The position numbers and the translations under genes are program-made. DNA of 62,609 bases, counting the filler, from Platydemus manokwari (Eukaryota), in the NCBI GenBank assembly GCA_037951405.1. It is 6 parts of 6 records of this genome, joined end to end, with 100 filler letters (N's around TTAATTAATTAA, not from the genome) between each part and the next. Parts side by side here need not be neighbours in the genome. Positions count along the whole stretch, not along the records: positions 42,261 to 52,958 come from JBBMOY011112331.1; positions 53,059 to 62,609 come from JBBMOY011234098.1; 4 more parts are not named here. The stretch is one strand, 5' to 3'. Below, piece by piece: positions 50,462 to 62,609 of the stretch. Positions within the stretch are counted from its first letter, which is position 1, and each line of letters begins with the position of its first letter. Below the pieces are notes generated by a model. The model did no database searches. It worked only from the letters and a program-made list of their open reading frames with translations, and had not been told where the DNA came from.

Positions 50462-52621
50462 ATGAATTTTAAAAATCTAAAATGGAAATTGAATTTTTCC
50501 CAATGTTTTGACCAAGGTGGCAGAAATTACATGGAAGATTTTTGTTACAGCCACATCGAAAAAAATGACACTGACGTATTATTTGGAATATTTGGAATTT
50601 TTGATGGTCACGGAGGACCTGAAGCAGCGAGTTTCGTTCAAAAAACATTAAAAAGAGAATTAGTTAAAATAGATAAGTTCTGGAGTAATGATTGTGAAGA
50701 AGTGGCCGAGTCCATTAAATTAGTTTACTCAAATTTACAAAAATTAATGTGGATTGAGAGAGGTACGAAATTTAAATAAAATAAATTTTTAATATAGAAT
50801 TTTATAATGAATATTTCTAGAAAATTGGGTTAGGACTATTAGTGGATATAAGAGTACAGCTGGAACAACCGCCTCTATAGTCATAATACGCAATGGAGTT
50901 TTATACACGGGTCATGTTGGTGATTCAGGGATATTACTTGTATATTTGGACAGTGATAATATCTTGAAAACTGAAGAATTAACGCAGGTAATAAATTTTT
51001 TCCCTCAATTTATTATTTCTTTTATTTTTATAAGGAACACAAACCTGACAATGAATTAGAAAGAAAGCGAATCGAGAAAAGTGGTGGTAGTTTGAAACGT
51101 AAAGGTGGTATTGACAGGGTAGTTTGGAATCGTAAAAGATGCGAAAATAGTGAAGAAATGGATTATATTCCATTTCTTGCAGTTGCCAGATCTTTAGGGG
51201 ATCTGTGGAGTTACGATGTAAACACAGATAGTTATCATGTATCTCCTGAACCGGATGTAAAATATTTCGATCTAAATACATCGACACACAGGTCCGTGAT
51301 AATTGGTAGTGATGGGCTTTGGAATGTCGTCAATAAAGAGATGAGTGTAAAAATTCTAAGATTATGTTCTTATTTAAATAGAAATGGTAAAGTATATAGT
51401 CCAGCTCAAGTTCTAGTCAATTATAGCCATTATTTATGGCGTAAAAAGAACATCAAAGCTGATAATATTAGTGCAGTGGTGGTATTGTTGCAACCAGATT
51501 CAATCGATCCATCAACAGAAGTTCTTCAATCTCTCGATGATGACGAAGATTTATTAAATTTGCACTCTGAATTGACATCGAACTATCTTCTTGAGGGAGC
51601 CTTCTATCATCCACCGGCTGCATTGTTGGGTGAATTTTCTGATTTTTCGATGTATAAAGCGCACAATCAGCTCGAAAATGAATCTCAAAATCCAATTGAT
51701 CAAGACGTGGAATTATTACAGCAATATATGCAATCGGATAGTAAATTCGGTCTGTGTATCGATCCATGGCAAGAATCCAGTGATTACTGGCAAATATTCA
51801 CAAAATCACTGAAGCAAATGGGTCACACAAGTTTCCCCAAAATGATATTCTATCTCGAAACATGCACCAAGAAAAACATCGATGATTTAATGGCAGCATT
51901 GCCATGGAGCGTTTGTTGCTTGGATACTATTGATTCGATGAAATTGACCAATCGAATCAAATCGTTTATTCAACATCAACCGTTCTTGACAGAATTCTGG
52001 ACCTGTTTGTATAACAATATCATTGGAAAGAATTTCAATTTGGTCGAATCTCAAATGTCAAAATTCAATGCAATGAAAAACGTTTTGATCAGCAAATCTC
52101 TCGAAATCGGTGATTGGATATTATCAATATCGCTGGCAAATTCTGAGTTTTCTGATGTCAACGATTCAGATTACGATTATTATCGATCGAAAAATTCTCT
52201 GAGAAAATATAGCACATGCTCCAATGGTAACGCGATCAATAATTTCTTTGCCAATCACACAAGCCCATCACAGAACATCTACAAGTGTTACCAGTTGAAA
52301 AAGTCTGCCTCATTTGATTTATCGAAATCGAATTTCTTTTTCGGATTTCGAGCAAGTCTTCTTCCACAAGTTGATGACGGCTCCACGACATCGATTAATG
52401 CATCATCAACCGATTGTGAGTTACCCCCATCACCGAAAAAAGATTCTCCAGTTCCAATCACCAACGACAGCCGGTCTTACAACGTGCCTTCTTTATCTTT
52501 GAAACGGAAAATCTCCAACACAGAACTCAGTGAATTGTTATTCATGAACAGTAAAGATCAGAATCCAGATGTTATTCAACAGAAATTTGCGCTTTCTCGG
52601 AAGAAACGTTTGATATTATAA
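50462..52621 (+). CDS. ppm1d: Protein phosphatase 1D (WIP1, PP2C family); exons 50462-50762, 50821-50987, 51035-52621
   Basis: QGGRNYMED, FGIFDGHGG, STAGTTASIVIIR, GHVGDSG, EHKPD, RVVWNR, IPFLAVARSLGDLWSY, VSPEPD, GSDGLWN and ADNISAVVV are the PP2C motifs with PPM1D-specific context. Introns of 58 and 47 nt. Confidence 0.95.
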
Positions 52622-52958
52622 TGTTGATTTTTGATATAAATCTTTGTACTTTATTTTTATAATTTCATTACATATTTGTTGCAAATAAATTTATAATTTT
52701 TGATTTATTTTTTTAAAAATATGCCAAATGTTGAAATTATTTTCGTTGGTGGTTCGATGTCAAAATTATTGAATTTTGATTGGTCAATTTTTGATGTTTT
52801 TTTTCACAAATCAGTTCATTTAAATTAAACATGGCAACAAATCGGATAAGTGTGCCCTTGATTATGAAAGTGGTATAAGTTATATATTTCTTGTTTGGAG
52901 ATATTAAGGGATTTGCATGTTAAAGAATTAAAAAATATTTGTGTATTATGGAATGAAA

Positions 52959-53058
52959 NNNNNNNNNNNNNNNNNNNNNNNNNNNNNNNNNNNNNNNNNN
53001 NNTTAATTAATTAANNNNNNNNNNNNNNNNNNNNNNNNNNNNNNNNNNNNNNNNNNNN
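52959..53058. other. Artificial contig-joining spacer
   Basis: 44N-TTAATTAATTAA-44N. Confidence 0.97.
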
Positions 53059-53122
<64 letters not shown>

Positions 53123-53135
53123 TAATAATAATAAT
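53059..53135 (+). repeat. (AAT)n microsatellite at the contig end, in a RhoGEF intron
   Basis: Near-perfect trinucleotide run with one interruption. Confidence 0.97.
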
Positions 53136-53145
53136 CTATAACCAC

Positions 53146-56100
53146 CTTTAATAATAAATGATATTTTAAAATCCTTTGTACGGGTTTAAGAAGAAATGTG
53201 CTCAATGGTAGCTGATGTCCGAGTTCTAATTGGCATTTAATGAGACTTTTCCAGGTATCAGATGAAGTAATTTCGATGCTATGTAAATGTTTAACTGATC
53301 TGGAAATGAGATTGATAAAACAGGTATAAATCACAATATCAATAAACAGACTCTGAATAATTTGTGCAATATTCTGTGTACAGATTCTCGAATTGTTCCA
53401 CTTCATCAATGAAGCATAGTGATAATTTGAGCAGTCCACTGAATTCATACGATTTCGCTGATTTCAATCGATTCAAAAAATGTCTGAAATATTAATGATT
53501 CAAATGGAGATGGAATAATAATAATAATAATAAACCTGCCAATAATATTAATAATAATAACAAACATACCAATAATAATCATCATCATTAAACAAAACTG
53601 CATTAACCTTTTATATTAAATTGAGTGTAAGGTTAATGAAAAGTTGAAGAAACTCGGAGTGATTCAAATAATTTATTCAACATCACGAAATATCCATTTC
53701 ATTTTCATGGAACGGATTATATTTGTGCACAAAATCAAGGAAATAAAAGAAAATTTCAGGAGGAAATAATAAATTATATTTTATGAATTTCTAATTGTGA
53801 TATTATTGTGTTAATAGTGCAGGCCTGTTGTCATGAAAGACCAACGTAGATCGCAACAGAATAGATAACATAACATGATATGGTAATGATTGGCAGCTAT
53901 TAGAATATTATATAATCACATCATTCCAGTCAAATTTGAACAACATTTTGCCAACATATCTCACACAGATCTCGACGTGTTGATGAATAAGTTTTCAAAG
54001 CTCATTGATTGGAAAGCTAATAATAGTAATACGATGATCGACATGATAATAATGTCATGACAGTTGGTATAAATATTTCGATATCGCAGTCCACGACGAT
54101 TATAAGAGTGATCATTCCATCAATACCGAAAAGATAAAAGAAAGCTAAAATTAGAACAAATCTAATGATTAATCGATAGGTCTCGTTTACTGGATCATCA
54201 TTTTTGATGAATTCCAAAGTAATGCAATTTCATCCATAACTTCTCGGAGCAAAAAATTGTGAATAAAAGAATCGGTTTTTGTAAAAATTTGAGTTCACTT
54301 ATTGATGCTTGGCCGAAACAAACCGTTACATCTAATCATAGCATCGAAAACAATTTTCAAAAGGAATTTTCGTAAGTTCAGTTTGAGATAAATAAATATT
54401 AACAACTTGATGGATATATTAACAAATTCCGACACATTTTCACAGCATAACACTATATTAATAATTTTATAATAAAACCAAAATATTCGAGAGGTTTTAA
54501 TTAAAAAATCTATCTTTATTCCGATTATCCTTCCTCCTCGTACATCCATAATATTATCGCTACTAATAGGCATTGTACCCCATTGTATATGATATTAATA
54601 ACAATATATCATGATTGTTTTAGTAAAACAATTAAATACTGTGATTGATGGATTAAAAATAATAAATTTATGTTAATCTTACGAGTGAAATATACGCAGT
54701 TTTTTCCAATTTGAGAATATGATCTTCACCTCATGGTCATCAATAAAGATCGAATTTGATGCTGACAGATAACCCTAAAATAATCCATCAATATAAAAAT
54801 AAACATAAACATGTATATAATTTTATCAATAACTAGATCATATGTGACAACACATATCATAGACGTTAATAAATCCGGATCGTTATAATCACGTATAAAT
54901 AATGATTCAACGATTATGCCATATATTATTGTTGATCGTAATAGATCTATGGATGAATGATGTTCCAGATAGTTGAATGTAAACAAATAGTTGTTGATAT
55001 ATTTACAACCACTCAAGGGAGCTGAAACCCTTAAAGGAGCTACTTTTGAATCATTATTGAGTAGCATTATAAGATGTAGAAGAGAAATTATTAATTATAT
55101 AAGATTATAAGGGTCTATTAAATAAATCATTGATAATTCCTTTAGGTATCACTTTGATTTCCCAATTTTGAGAATTCGTCTAATATTTCTTCAATATCAT
55201 TTATTTATGGGTGACAAGCATCCGTTTATATCCTATCTCATATCCTTTGTAATATCGGAACCAAAATTATTATCATATATAATTTCCAAACGACAATGAT
55301 AAATAAATATAATGACACAAATAGATTCACGAATAACTGTCATTGTCATCACATTAATCCTCAAAAATAGCAACGATGGAAACCAAAATAACTAATAAAA
55401 TTATCTCCCCCCATTAGAAACAATGATTCAGATATTAATATAATTATATTCTTCAAGTGGCCATTCTTACATTTCATTGACACTTACAATTTCCACTTCC
55501 GTGAGACTCTTCAAATAGATATTTTCCGATTCAATCAATTCTCGAACAACTAAATGCCATTTGCCACGATCCAAATCAAATTTTCTGATCCCATTCGAAC
55601 ATTGGGAAAATTGTTGTACCATCGATTTAACCGATACTGGCAGCCGAGTTTGACCATTGGACCCATTTCGATCTGGGATCGAATATTGATCTTCATCATT
55701 GAGACTCGATGTGCCACTGTCTATAAGAAGGGGTTTCGATAAAATAATATTGTTTTGTTGGATTATTTTGGAATCGTCGAGATCAATATCAACGGTTTTA
55801 TGGGAACTCCAACAACTCTCAACGAATTCTTGCAAATCAATTGGAGGTCCTGGAGAATGGCAATATTTAATTTTCCGAGTTAAACAAAACGTAATGAAAT
55901 TGCAAAATTTTATCATTCTATTTCAAATAATAATATTAATAAGTAATAAATACTTACAATTTGGCAAAATGAATAATACTAGAATAATAGAAATCGATAG
56001 TTATCAACCAATCATATTGATCGAATATATTATTAATAATTTTTAAGCTATTAATAACATTATTAAGGATTGTTTAAATTTATTTCGGGTGGTTTACGTT

Positions 56101-56651
56101 CAAAAAAGTGCCAAAAATATGAAAATAATTGTTAAAGGATAAATTAAACGATAATTTTGGTAATTTGTGTATTTTTGATAAAATTATTATGAATACTTGA
56201 ACTTAATCTAGGATCTTATTATATGCTTAAACCCATTATTGTGTATAAATCGAAAATCTGTGATATTGGGCTGTGTAAAATAAAATATTATTCATTGCGA
56301 ATTTATCCCAACGATACTCTAAAAATAATGTTAAAATTCTTCTTTAATCTCCTAGTGTCAACTTAGACAATTCCTCCAATTGAAATAATATAAATCTATC
56401 ATTAACATCAAATTAACAACAAAATTTCAAATCGTTTCCTTAAAAATTAAATAATTTGCAATCCAAAAATCTTTATTCAAAAAACCCTTTACTTAACCCA
56501 AAAATCTATGAAAAAATGAATTTCCAAAATATTATAAAATAGCTTGAAATCTTTTACCATAGAGTTCTTCCCATAAAAGGCTCAGTGAGCTTTTGCTTTT
56601 GGATTTATCGGGTTTTCCAATATCGTCCACTGGATATGGCTGTTCCATCAT
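53146..56651 (-). CDS. PLEKHG1/2/3-like Dbl-homology RhoGEF, 5' part (exons 56651-56558, 55849-55488, 54774-54683, 53483-53352, 53299-53146)
   Basis: DH motifs VVRELIESENIYLKSL, GYL..IFSN, LYTEYCTNY and LGHQLPLSTFLLKPVQRILKYHLLLK. All four introns splice in frame. The first exon is inferred from phase only. The PH domain is lost at the contig end. Confidence 0.9.
53620..54290 (-). mobile_element. Decayed MULE-like transposase relic in a RhoGEF intron
   Basis: Ordered fragments across frameshifts: KLWMKLHYFG, KNDD..YRLIIRFVLILAF, LFPPEIF, PSFFNF. They resemble animal MULE C-terminal motifs (LWRK.Q.LG, ND..R..MALAF, FPP.LW, HP..W.F). Confidence 0.4.
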
Positions 56652-59600
56652 ATAAAACCAACAAATTAAATGTTCCGAACTATAAAAAACACCTAAAAAA
56701 TTTATTACAACTACTGGAATGATAAAAATGATACAAACAATCAACACCATTCATCAGGGAACAGCGAGTAACAAGTCAATAAAATCGATCATTCAAACAG
56801 CAACAAAAGTAATAATGAAGACACAAAAGAATAAAATCACCTGTACGGAGAAAAATATTAAATCCAAATTGTTAAAAAAAAATATTTTTAATGCTAATTA
56901 TTGTTGAAATTATCCATAACAAATCTGTTTTAAATCTTGACGAATAGCAATCCAAATTTTCTACTCCATGATTTGCTATTAAAAATAATAACGGGTAAGA
57001 AAAAGAAATCAATACCTATTGAGATTGAATATGTGTGTCAATCTGATAGGCTTAATTATTTGATGAGTCATCGACGATTAGCGACAACGATATGTGGTTG
57101 TCTGGAGAGACTCACAATACACACAGGCACACGCAACAGAACATGCGTACCTACATGCATTTGTAATTATTATATGCTTTATGTATACCCACCTCGAATG
57201 GTGTCTGGTGCCAAAATATGTACAACTTTTTATATACCAAGAAGAATTTTTTAAAATTTCATTTGCATATATAATCGGAAAATAGCGGGAAAGTACAAAA
57301 TGGTCAAACAACACATGCTGGATTATGTGTGTATGGTTAATTATATTTTTGTTTTTCGACGACTCCATTGTCTATGTGTCCATTGTCATGAAACCAAATG
57401 TGGAATCTCTGAAATAATTCGAATGACGTAGAGGCAATTCAATGGATTGGACGAATTGTTTTCGTGAATCGATCATTATTATTGTATTTTGAATTATAGA
57501 CAAAATATTCTAAAATAAATTGGCCCTCTCTACTCATTTGACCTTCTAATTTTAGAAAGGTGCATACCATTCTTAAATGTCATACATACGTGTCTGCAAA
57601 AAAAATTATGAATTAAGTGTTTTTTTTCTGTCTTATTATTGAAATTTGATATCGATAATTTTCTATAAAAATATTCTGTTATTGATTTTTTAAAAATATT
57701 TTGATATACTACTGATAATAATAAAATAATAAATTTTTCATATATTGGATTATCTATAATCTCTGATTCGTGGTCACCGATTATTGACTCGATCTACATT
57801 ATTTCTTGCTAATGATTTATCAAGCACGCAACCAATGCATGTTCACCACAATCTCATCACATGAACAATCTCTATTTCTGGATTTGACATTGCAAATAAT
57901 GGCGTAGATGAATAATAATAATAATAATGGTCATTCTAAATATAATCATTGTTAGATTTTCATCTCCAGACTCCTGGCGATCACGTTAGTGAGCCATCAA
58001 AATATAAACAAAGTCCTGGCATAATTTTCTACGAATCTCCAATAATTCTTCCTAATTCACTTTATTTATAAAATTGTATTGATTATTAATGGTAAAGAAT
58101 ACCATAAAAATCGATAAAAAAAAACCTCTGATATGTCAAAGTTAGAATTGAAAACTTCAGTTGCTAATGATACTTTGTTACAATGAACGATTTATAAAAC
58201 GAGCCCAACACAGTTCATCGGATTGTATTGGAATGAAATCCTATCCAAAACCGAAAATATTTAATCCACCTGGAATTACCACATCTAAAACGGTAGATAA
58301 TAATGATTAATACCAAAGTTGCTACGATTGTGTGCTTAAAGCTTTATCGTTGTCAAGCTTTATCCATGTTTCATAATCCGATAACGTCTAATATTACATA
58401 ATTGCGTTTAATGGGATTTACAGACACACACACAAACGTCACATGAAACATAGATATATTCTCTGATTTTATGCCAATATTTTCGGTGGGAGTTGATATT
58501 TTCAATAAACGCAAAAATGCCGTCTCACATTTTACATGACCACATATGTTGGCATTAGTTAGCTCTGTGATTTTCTGAAATTTCCAAAAGATGCACTAAT
58601 TAGTGTGTGTGTGTTTGCAAAAAATATTTTTCGACACATTTTCTCATATTGGATTATCAAATTAACAAATTATTTGATGCCAATGTTAATGCCGTAAAAT
58701 ATTTGCACAATTCAATGTGTGACGTAACAACTTGTTCCAATATCCGTTAGGTTACGTAACCCCGTGAATATGATCACCATCATTTTATGAGAAGTGTTGG
58801 ACATTCAATTATCGAATTGACGACATTAATAAATCAATAAAGTTAGCTAGCTGATGTTCATCGAATGAATGTCATAGCAACTCATTGAATGTTTGCTATC
58901 ACTTTAGAATTTTGCGGAGTTGAAAGTGAAATGACCAAACAAATTATAACGAGAAATATCAATAACAATAATTAGTTATTATTTGTTAAACTTGTTCTCC
59001 AAGACGGCTTCTAATGGCGTCATTATTTAACCAGATCGCATTGACATTTACACATTTTCAGTTCGACGTTTGGAAATTATATATTTAGAATGACTTTCAA
59101 TTCGTCTATTTCATTTCATGTTTGTTATATCGACTCTAGCTTGTTTTTGTGGCCGAAATTTTTAAATAATAATATTATTATTATAACGTAAAAAATTAAA
59201 ATTCTCGAATAACCTAGTGAGGTGAGACATGTCCTGAGGACAACCAATGTGGAATATTGAAATTTACTGTGGCAGATTAGATATTTATCGTGGATTTGTG
59301 CACATCTTCACATAGAAGCGACCATTGCAACGAACAATGGAAAACCAGAAAGTTACAAATCAAAACCCCTCAGTTAAAACCTGAAACATTCACAACCATG
59401 CTATGCTAATTTTAATAGACCATGTTGGAACTCTAAAATAAGCTGGTTCTAAGAGACATTTTCCAGGGTTTTTTAGTCGATAATTTTGGTATAATTACTG
59501 TTGTTCTATGCGATTCGGAATTCCTGTATTTGATTTCATTTGGATCTTTATTTAACTAAAGCTTTATGTTTAATTTTGATATAATAATAATAATGCTTTA

Positions 59601-60432
59601 TTATTACAGACAATACTAGTAATAATATTATTAATAATGACAATAATAAAATTAAAAATAATAACTCCTCAATAATTATTCATTTCAGGATTTTATACAA
59701 ATCACATCTATTCATTCCAGATCGGCTCGACTATCGATTTGGTAAAGGAAACGAAATAATCTGGAATCAAATCAAAATATTATTTGCTTATCTTTTGAAT
59801 ACAAATCTCATCACCTTACTCAAACGAGTAGAAGAGAAAATGTGAAACAATTGAAGAAATGTGTCGCTGAGAATTGCTTAAGTAAATTCGATATTTTAAT
59901 TGATATTAATTGATTTTCTGAAGACAATTAATTATTTCCTTTGATCGGTACCCTATCGAGAAAATCCCATTGAATTATCTATCTATCAATAGAGGCGCAG
60001 TCCTGTAGTTAACGATATAATATTGTCATTAGTGACCATCATTATCATGAACAATCTAAACTTCGTACTTTAGTCGACTAAATTATATCGGATAAGTTGC
60101 GGATTCGTTTGCCAAATAATATTTTAAGTCGTGAAGTTCTCTAACTGATTGTGGGATATCACTACAGTAATTTATCACATTTCACACATTAAAGAGATAT
60201 AAATTAGTTCGACAATATGGTATTTTGGATTTATATTTATCCATGAATTTAAGGATTTTTAATCATATATTTATTGGGGTTTTACTTTGAAAATTCTATT
60301 TATTGTAATTTTTCTATTTTGATAAGGGCGATGTCCTTATCAATAATGTGACTCCTTTTCAATTGAAGGTTGTATGTATAATTAAGAATGAAACGCAACT
60401 AAGTGTCCTTGAAATTAGAATTAGAAATATTA

Positions 60433-60638
60433 NNNNNNNNNNNNNNNNNNNNNNNNNNNNNNNNNNNNNNNNNNNNNNNNNNNNNNNNNNNNNNNNNNNN
60501 NNNNNNNNNNNNNNNNNNNNNNNNNNNNNNNNNNNNNNNNNNNNNNNNNNNNNNNNNNNNNNNNNNNNNNNNNNNNNNNNNNNNNNNNNNNNNNNNNNNN
60601 NNNNNNNNNNNNNNNNNNNNNNNNNNNNNNNNNNNNNN
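60433..60638. other. Ordinary scaffold gap (N run without linker)
   Basis: 206 N with no TTAATTAATTAA core, unlike the five spacers. Confidence 0.95.
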
Positions 60639-60869
60639 AATTCATTTATTCATGATTTTTGTCAAGGTAAAATTAGATACTTAAAAATTCCAGTGTGGCC
60701 TATGATGGCCTTAATTTTAAGAAATATCAGTTTTTCCTACAACAGTCTGTAACTCGGAACAAATGCAGAGTGAAGTACCAATTGTAATTGGATGGAAATT
60801 TTAGTAAATTGGTTGTAATTTGATGTTCAAAAATAAAATTCATTGGTTTACTGAACAGTAGTACATATA

Positions 60870-61150
60870 AGTCATTCTAAATACCGAAAAAGCATATTAA
60901 CATTTCCATTGATCAGACGAGATAGCCTGGTTACCGCATTCAACCAGAAGAAAATGAAAAGATATAATTGATCTACGACAAGAAAATTCAAATGATGAAT
61001 TTCAGTAGCAAAAGAGGAGCAAACACAGGTGACCATTAACAGAAATTGCTACAATCAGATAATAAAAATACTTGATGAAGAATTTCCAAAGATAATCAAT
61101 GAGAGCCAGAAGAATTACAAATTCTTGAATGGAAATTTGATTTGGAGTCT
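60870..61150 (+). mobile_element. Possible Gypsy pol (RNase H/connection) relic
   Basis: FPLIRRDSLVTAFNQK resembles F.L.TDH..LV.AF. It is followed by the open stretch CYNQIIKILDEEFPKII..YKFLNGNL. Weak. Confidence 0.3.
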
Positions 61151-62578
61151 TTTTGTTTTTCTTTGTCCATGTTTTATCAACTACATTTTTAGCCTTTCAA
61201 AGTGTGTTCAATGCTAGCTTAGGATTAGCCATATCGGCTGTATTGGAGTTTAAATGCCGTCTTTCATTTTTGAATCTTTACACATTGTTTATTAGTATAC
61301 TACCGCACAGATAACTGTAAATACATAGATCCTGAAGCAATACACAAACCGTAATAATCGATAATCCAATATTATTATTTTTAGAACCAAATTTGAGATC
61401 ATCGTTTCTATTTTTAATTCCCGCACATAATCTCTGATTCATTTATATTCAGAAAAATGACGAGTTAAATGAAATTATGGTAGTTTATAAGTGTTGGAAT
61501 TATTGCTCATTAGTGAGGCTTTCTCGGAACAGAAAACATTTCATTTTGAATTAAACCAGTATATTGATCATTTATTTACTACTTTTCATAAATTTTTCAA
61601 AAAACAATTGATGCCACTATACTACTGACAAAATCGTGGATGCGTCTGTTTTCTTCAAATCGCACGGTAACTATGGATACCTCTTGATGTTCCAGAATGC
61701 AAACATCTGACATATATTGAGGCAAATCTGAAAATATATTTTACAGTTATATATGTTGTCCCTGGATAGAGTGTGATACAAAAATAAATTCAATATTTTA
61801 ACATTGAAGTTGGTATTAATTTTACCACAAGGTCTGCTTATTTTAATGTAACTGTGATTAAACTCAATGGTTTTTCTACAATTTATGCTGGGATGAAATA
61901 CGGTGACGTTATTATGACTTACCTAAAATTCAGAATGTATTTTTTAACCACATCTTTATTTTACTTAATACACATGTTAGCATCAGCTTCAATCATCATG
62001 TCTCAATAATTTATATCGACGTTTTGGTCTGGAGGGAGAAAGAAAATTCGGACCCAGAACTATGAGTGGTCGTCGATGTCTAGAGAAAATCTTTTTGTTA
62101 ATTTACCTATTGATATTTTAGTCAATTCAACTTCCTCATAATTTATTTAAATAAAGACACGAACAGGTGGTGAAAACTCGATTTTCCAATTCATCCATAA
62201 CATGCAAATAAATTAAGTCTGTTTCTTCCCTAACAAAAGTATATAAAATCCTACCACTTAACCAACATTCATTCAATCTCATTTTTGATCAATCATCTCT
62301 TAGTGTAAAACTGATGTATCGTTATGAATGTCGATATATTTTATTTGTTCCAAGAGTCTTTTTAGCTCATTCTATATATGATACTATCTAGCCTGTATGT
62401 TGATAATAAATAACTCAGATGTATGTGCCACAGATTATTTTCTTCATTCATTTTATCTTCAGCCCTCAGTGGTGTGAACACACCACAGAAATTGAAAAAT
62501 ATTTCGATCATTATATTCATCAAAGAAGTACATTAATTAATTCTTTTCTGCTTGTTCTTCTCTTCATATTTTTAAAAC

Positions 62579-62582
<4 letters not shown>

Positions 62583-62609
<27 letters not shown>
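62583..62609 (+). repeat. (TC)n microsatellite
   Basis: Perfect dinucleotide run to the window end. Confidence 0.97.

Noticed and set aside
53640-53715. Apparent ghost duplicate of a DH-domain exon (IFRDVE*..YLNHSEFLQL)
   Set aside because: It needs two frameshifts, the true exon is at 54774-54683, and flanking motifs fit a MULE relic better.
1-62609. CRISPR arrays, rRNA, tRNA, spliced-leader RNA or prokaryotic operon-type systems
   Set aside because: None recognisable by eye. The sequence is intron-containing animal DNA. An Infernal/Rfam scan would be needed to exclude small RNAs.

Overview
Very AT-rich animal genomic DNA with many short (45-60 nt) GT-AG introns. A free-living flatworm (triclad) source is my inference from intron size, the TRAF type and a cecropia-type mariner end. 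The window is not one contiguous locus. Five identical 100-bp spacers (44 N + TTAATTAATTAA + 44 N) join pieces of about 10-11 kb, and genes are cut off at these joins, so neighbourhood across them should not be trusted. Genes reconstructed by hand: the 5' part of a CYP3-clan cytochrome P450 (minus, missed by the ORF track), a divergent axonemal-type dynein heavy chain fragment (minus), the N-terminal part of unc-79 (plus), a complete RING-coiled coil-MATH TRAF (minus), partial ZIP9/SLC39A9 (minus), a complete PPM1D/WIP1 phosphatase with an unusual C-terminal region (plus), and a partial PLEKHG1/2/3-type RhoGEF (minus). The rest is largely transposon debris: Gypsy elements with very short (94-100 bp) AGT..ACT LTRs and an Arg-tRNA-like PBS, a miniature LTR element, mariner, Merlin and MULE relics, and an inverted-repeat element flanked by a 12-13 bp duplication. 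I found no RNA genes, no CRISPR and no convincing multi-gene novel system. The best leads are the PPM1D extra domain, the long-TSD inverted-repeat element, the ultrashort-LTR family, the dynein insertions and the unc-79 microexon.
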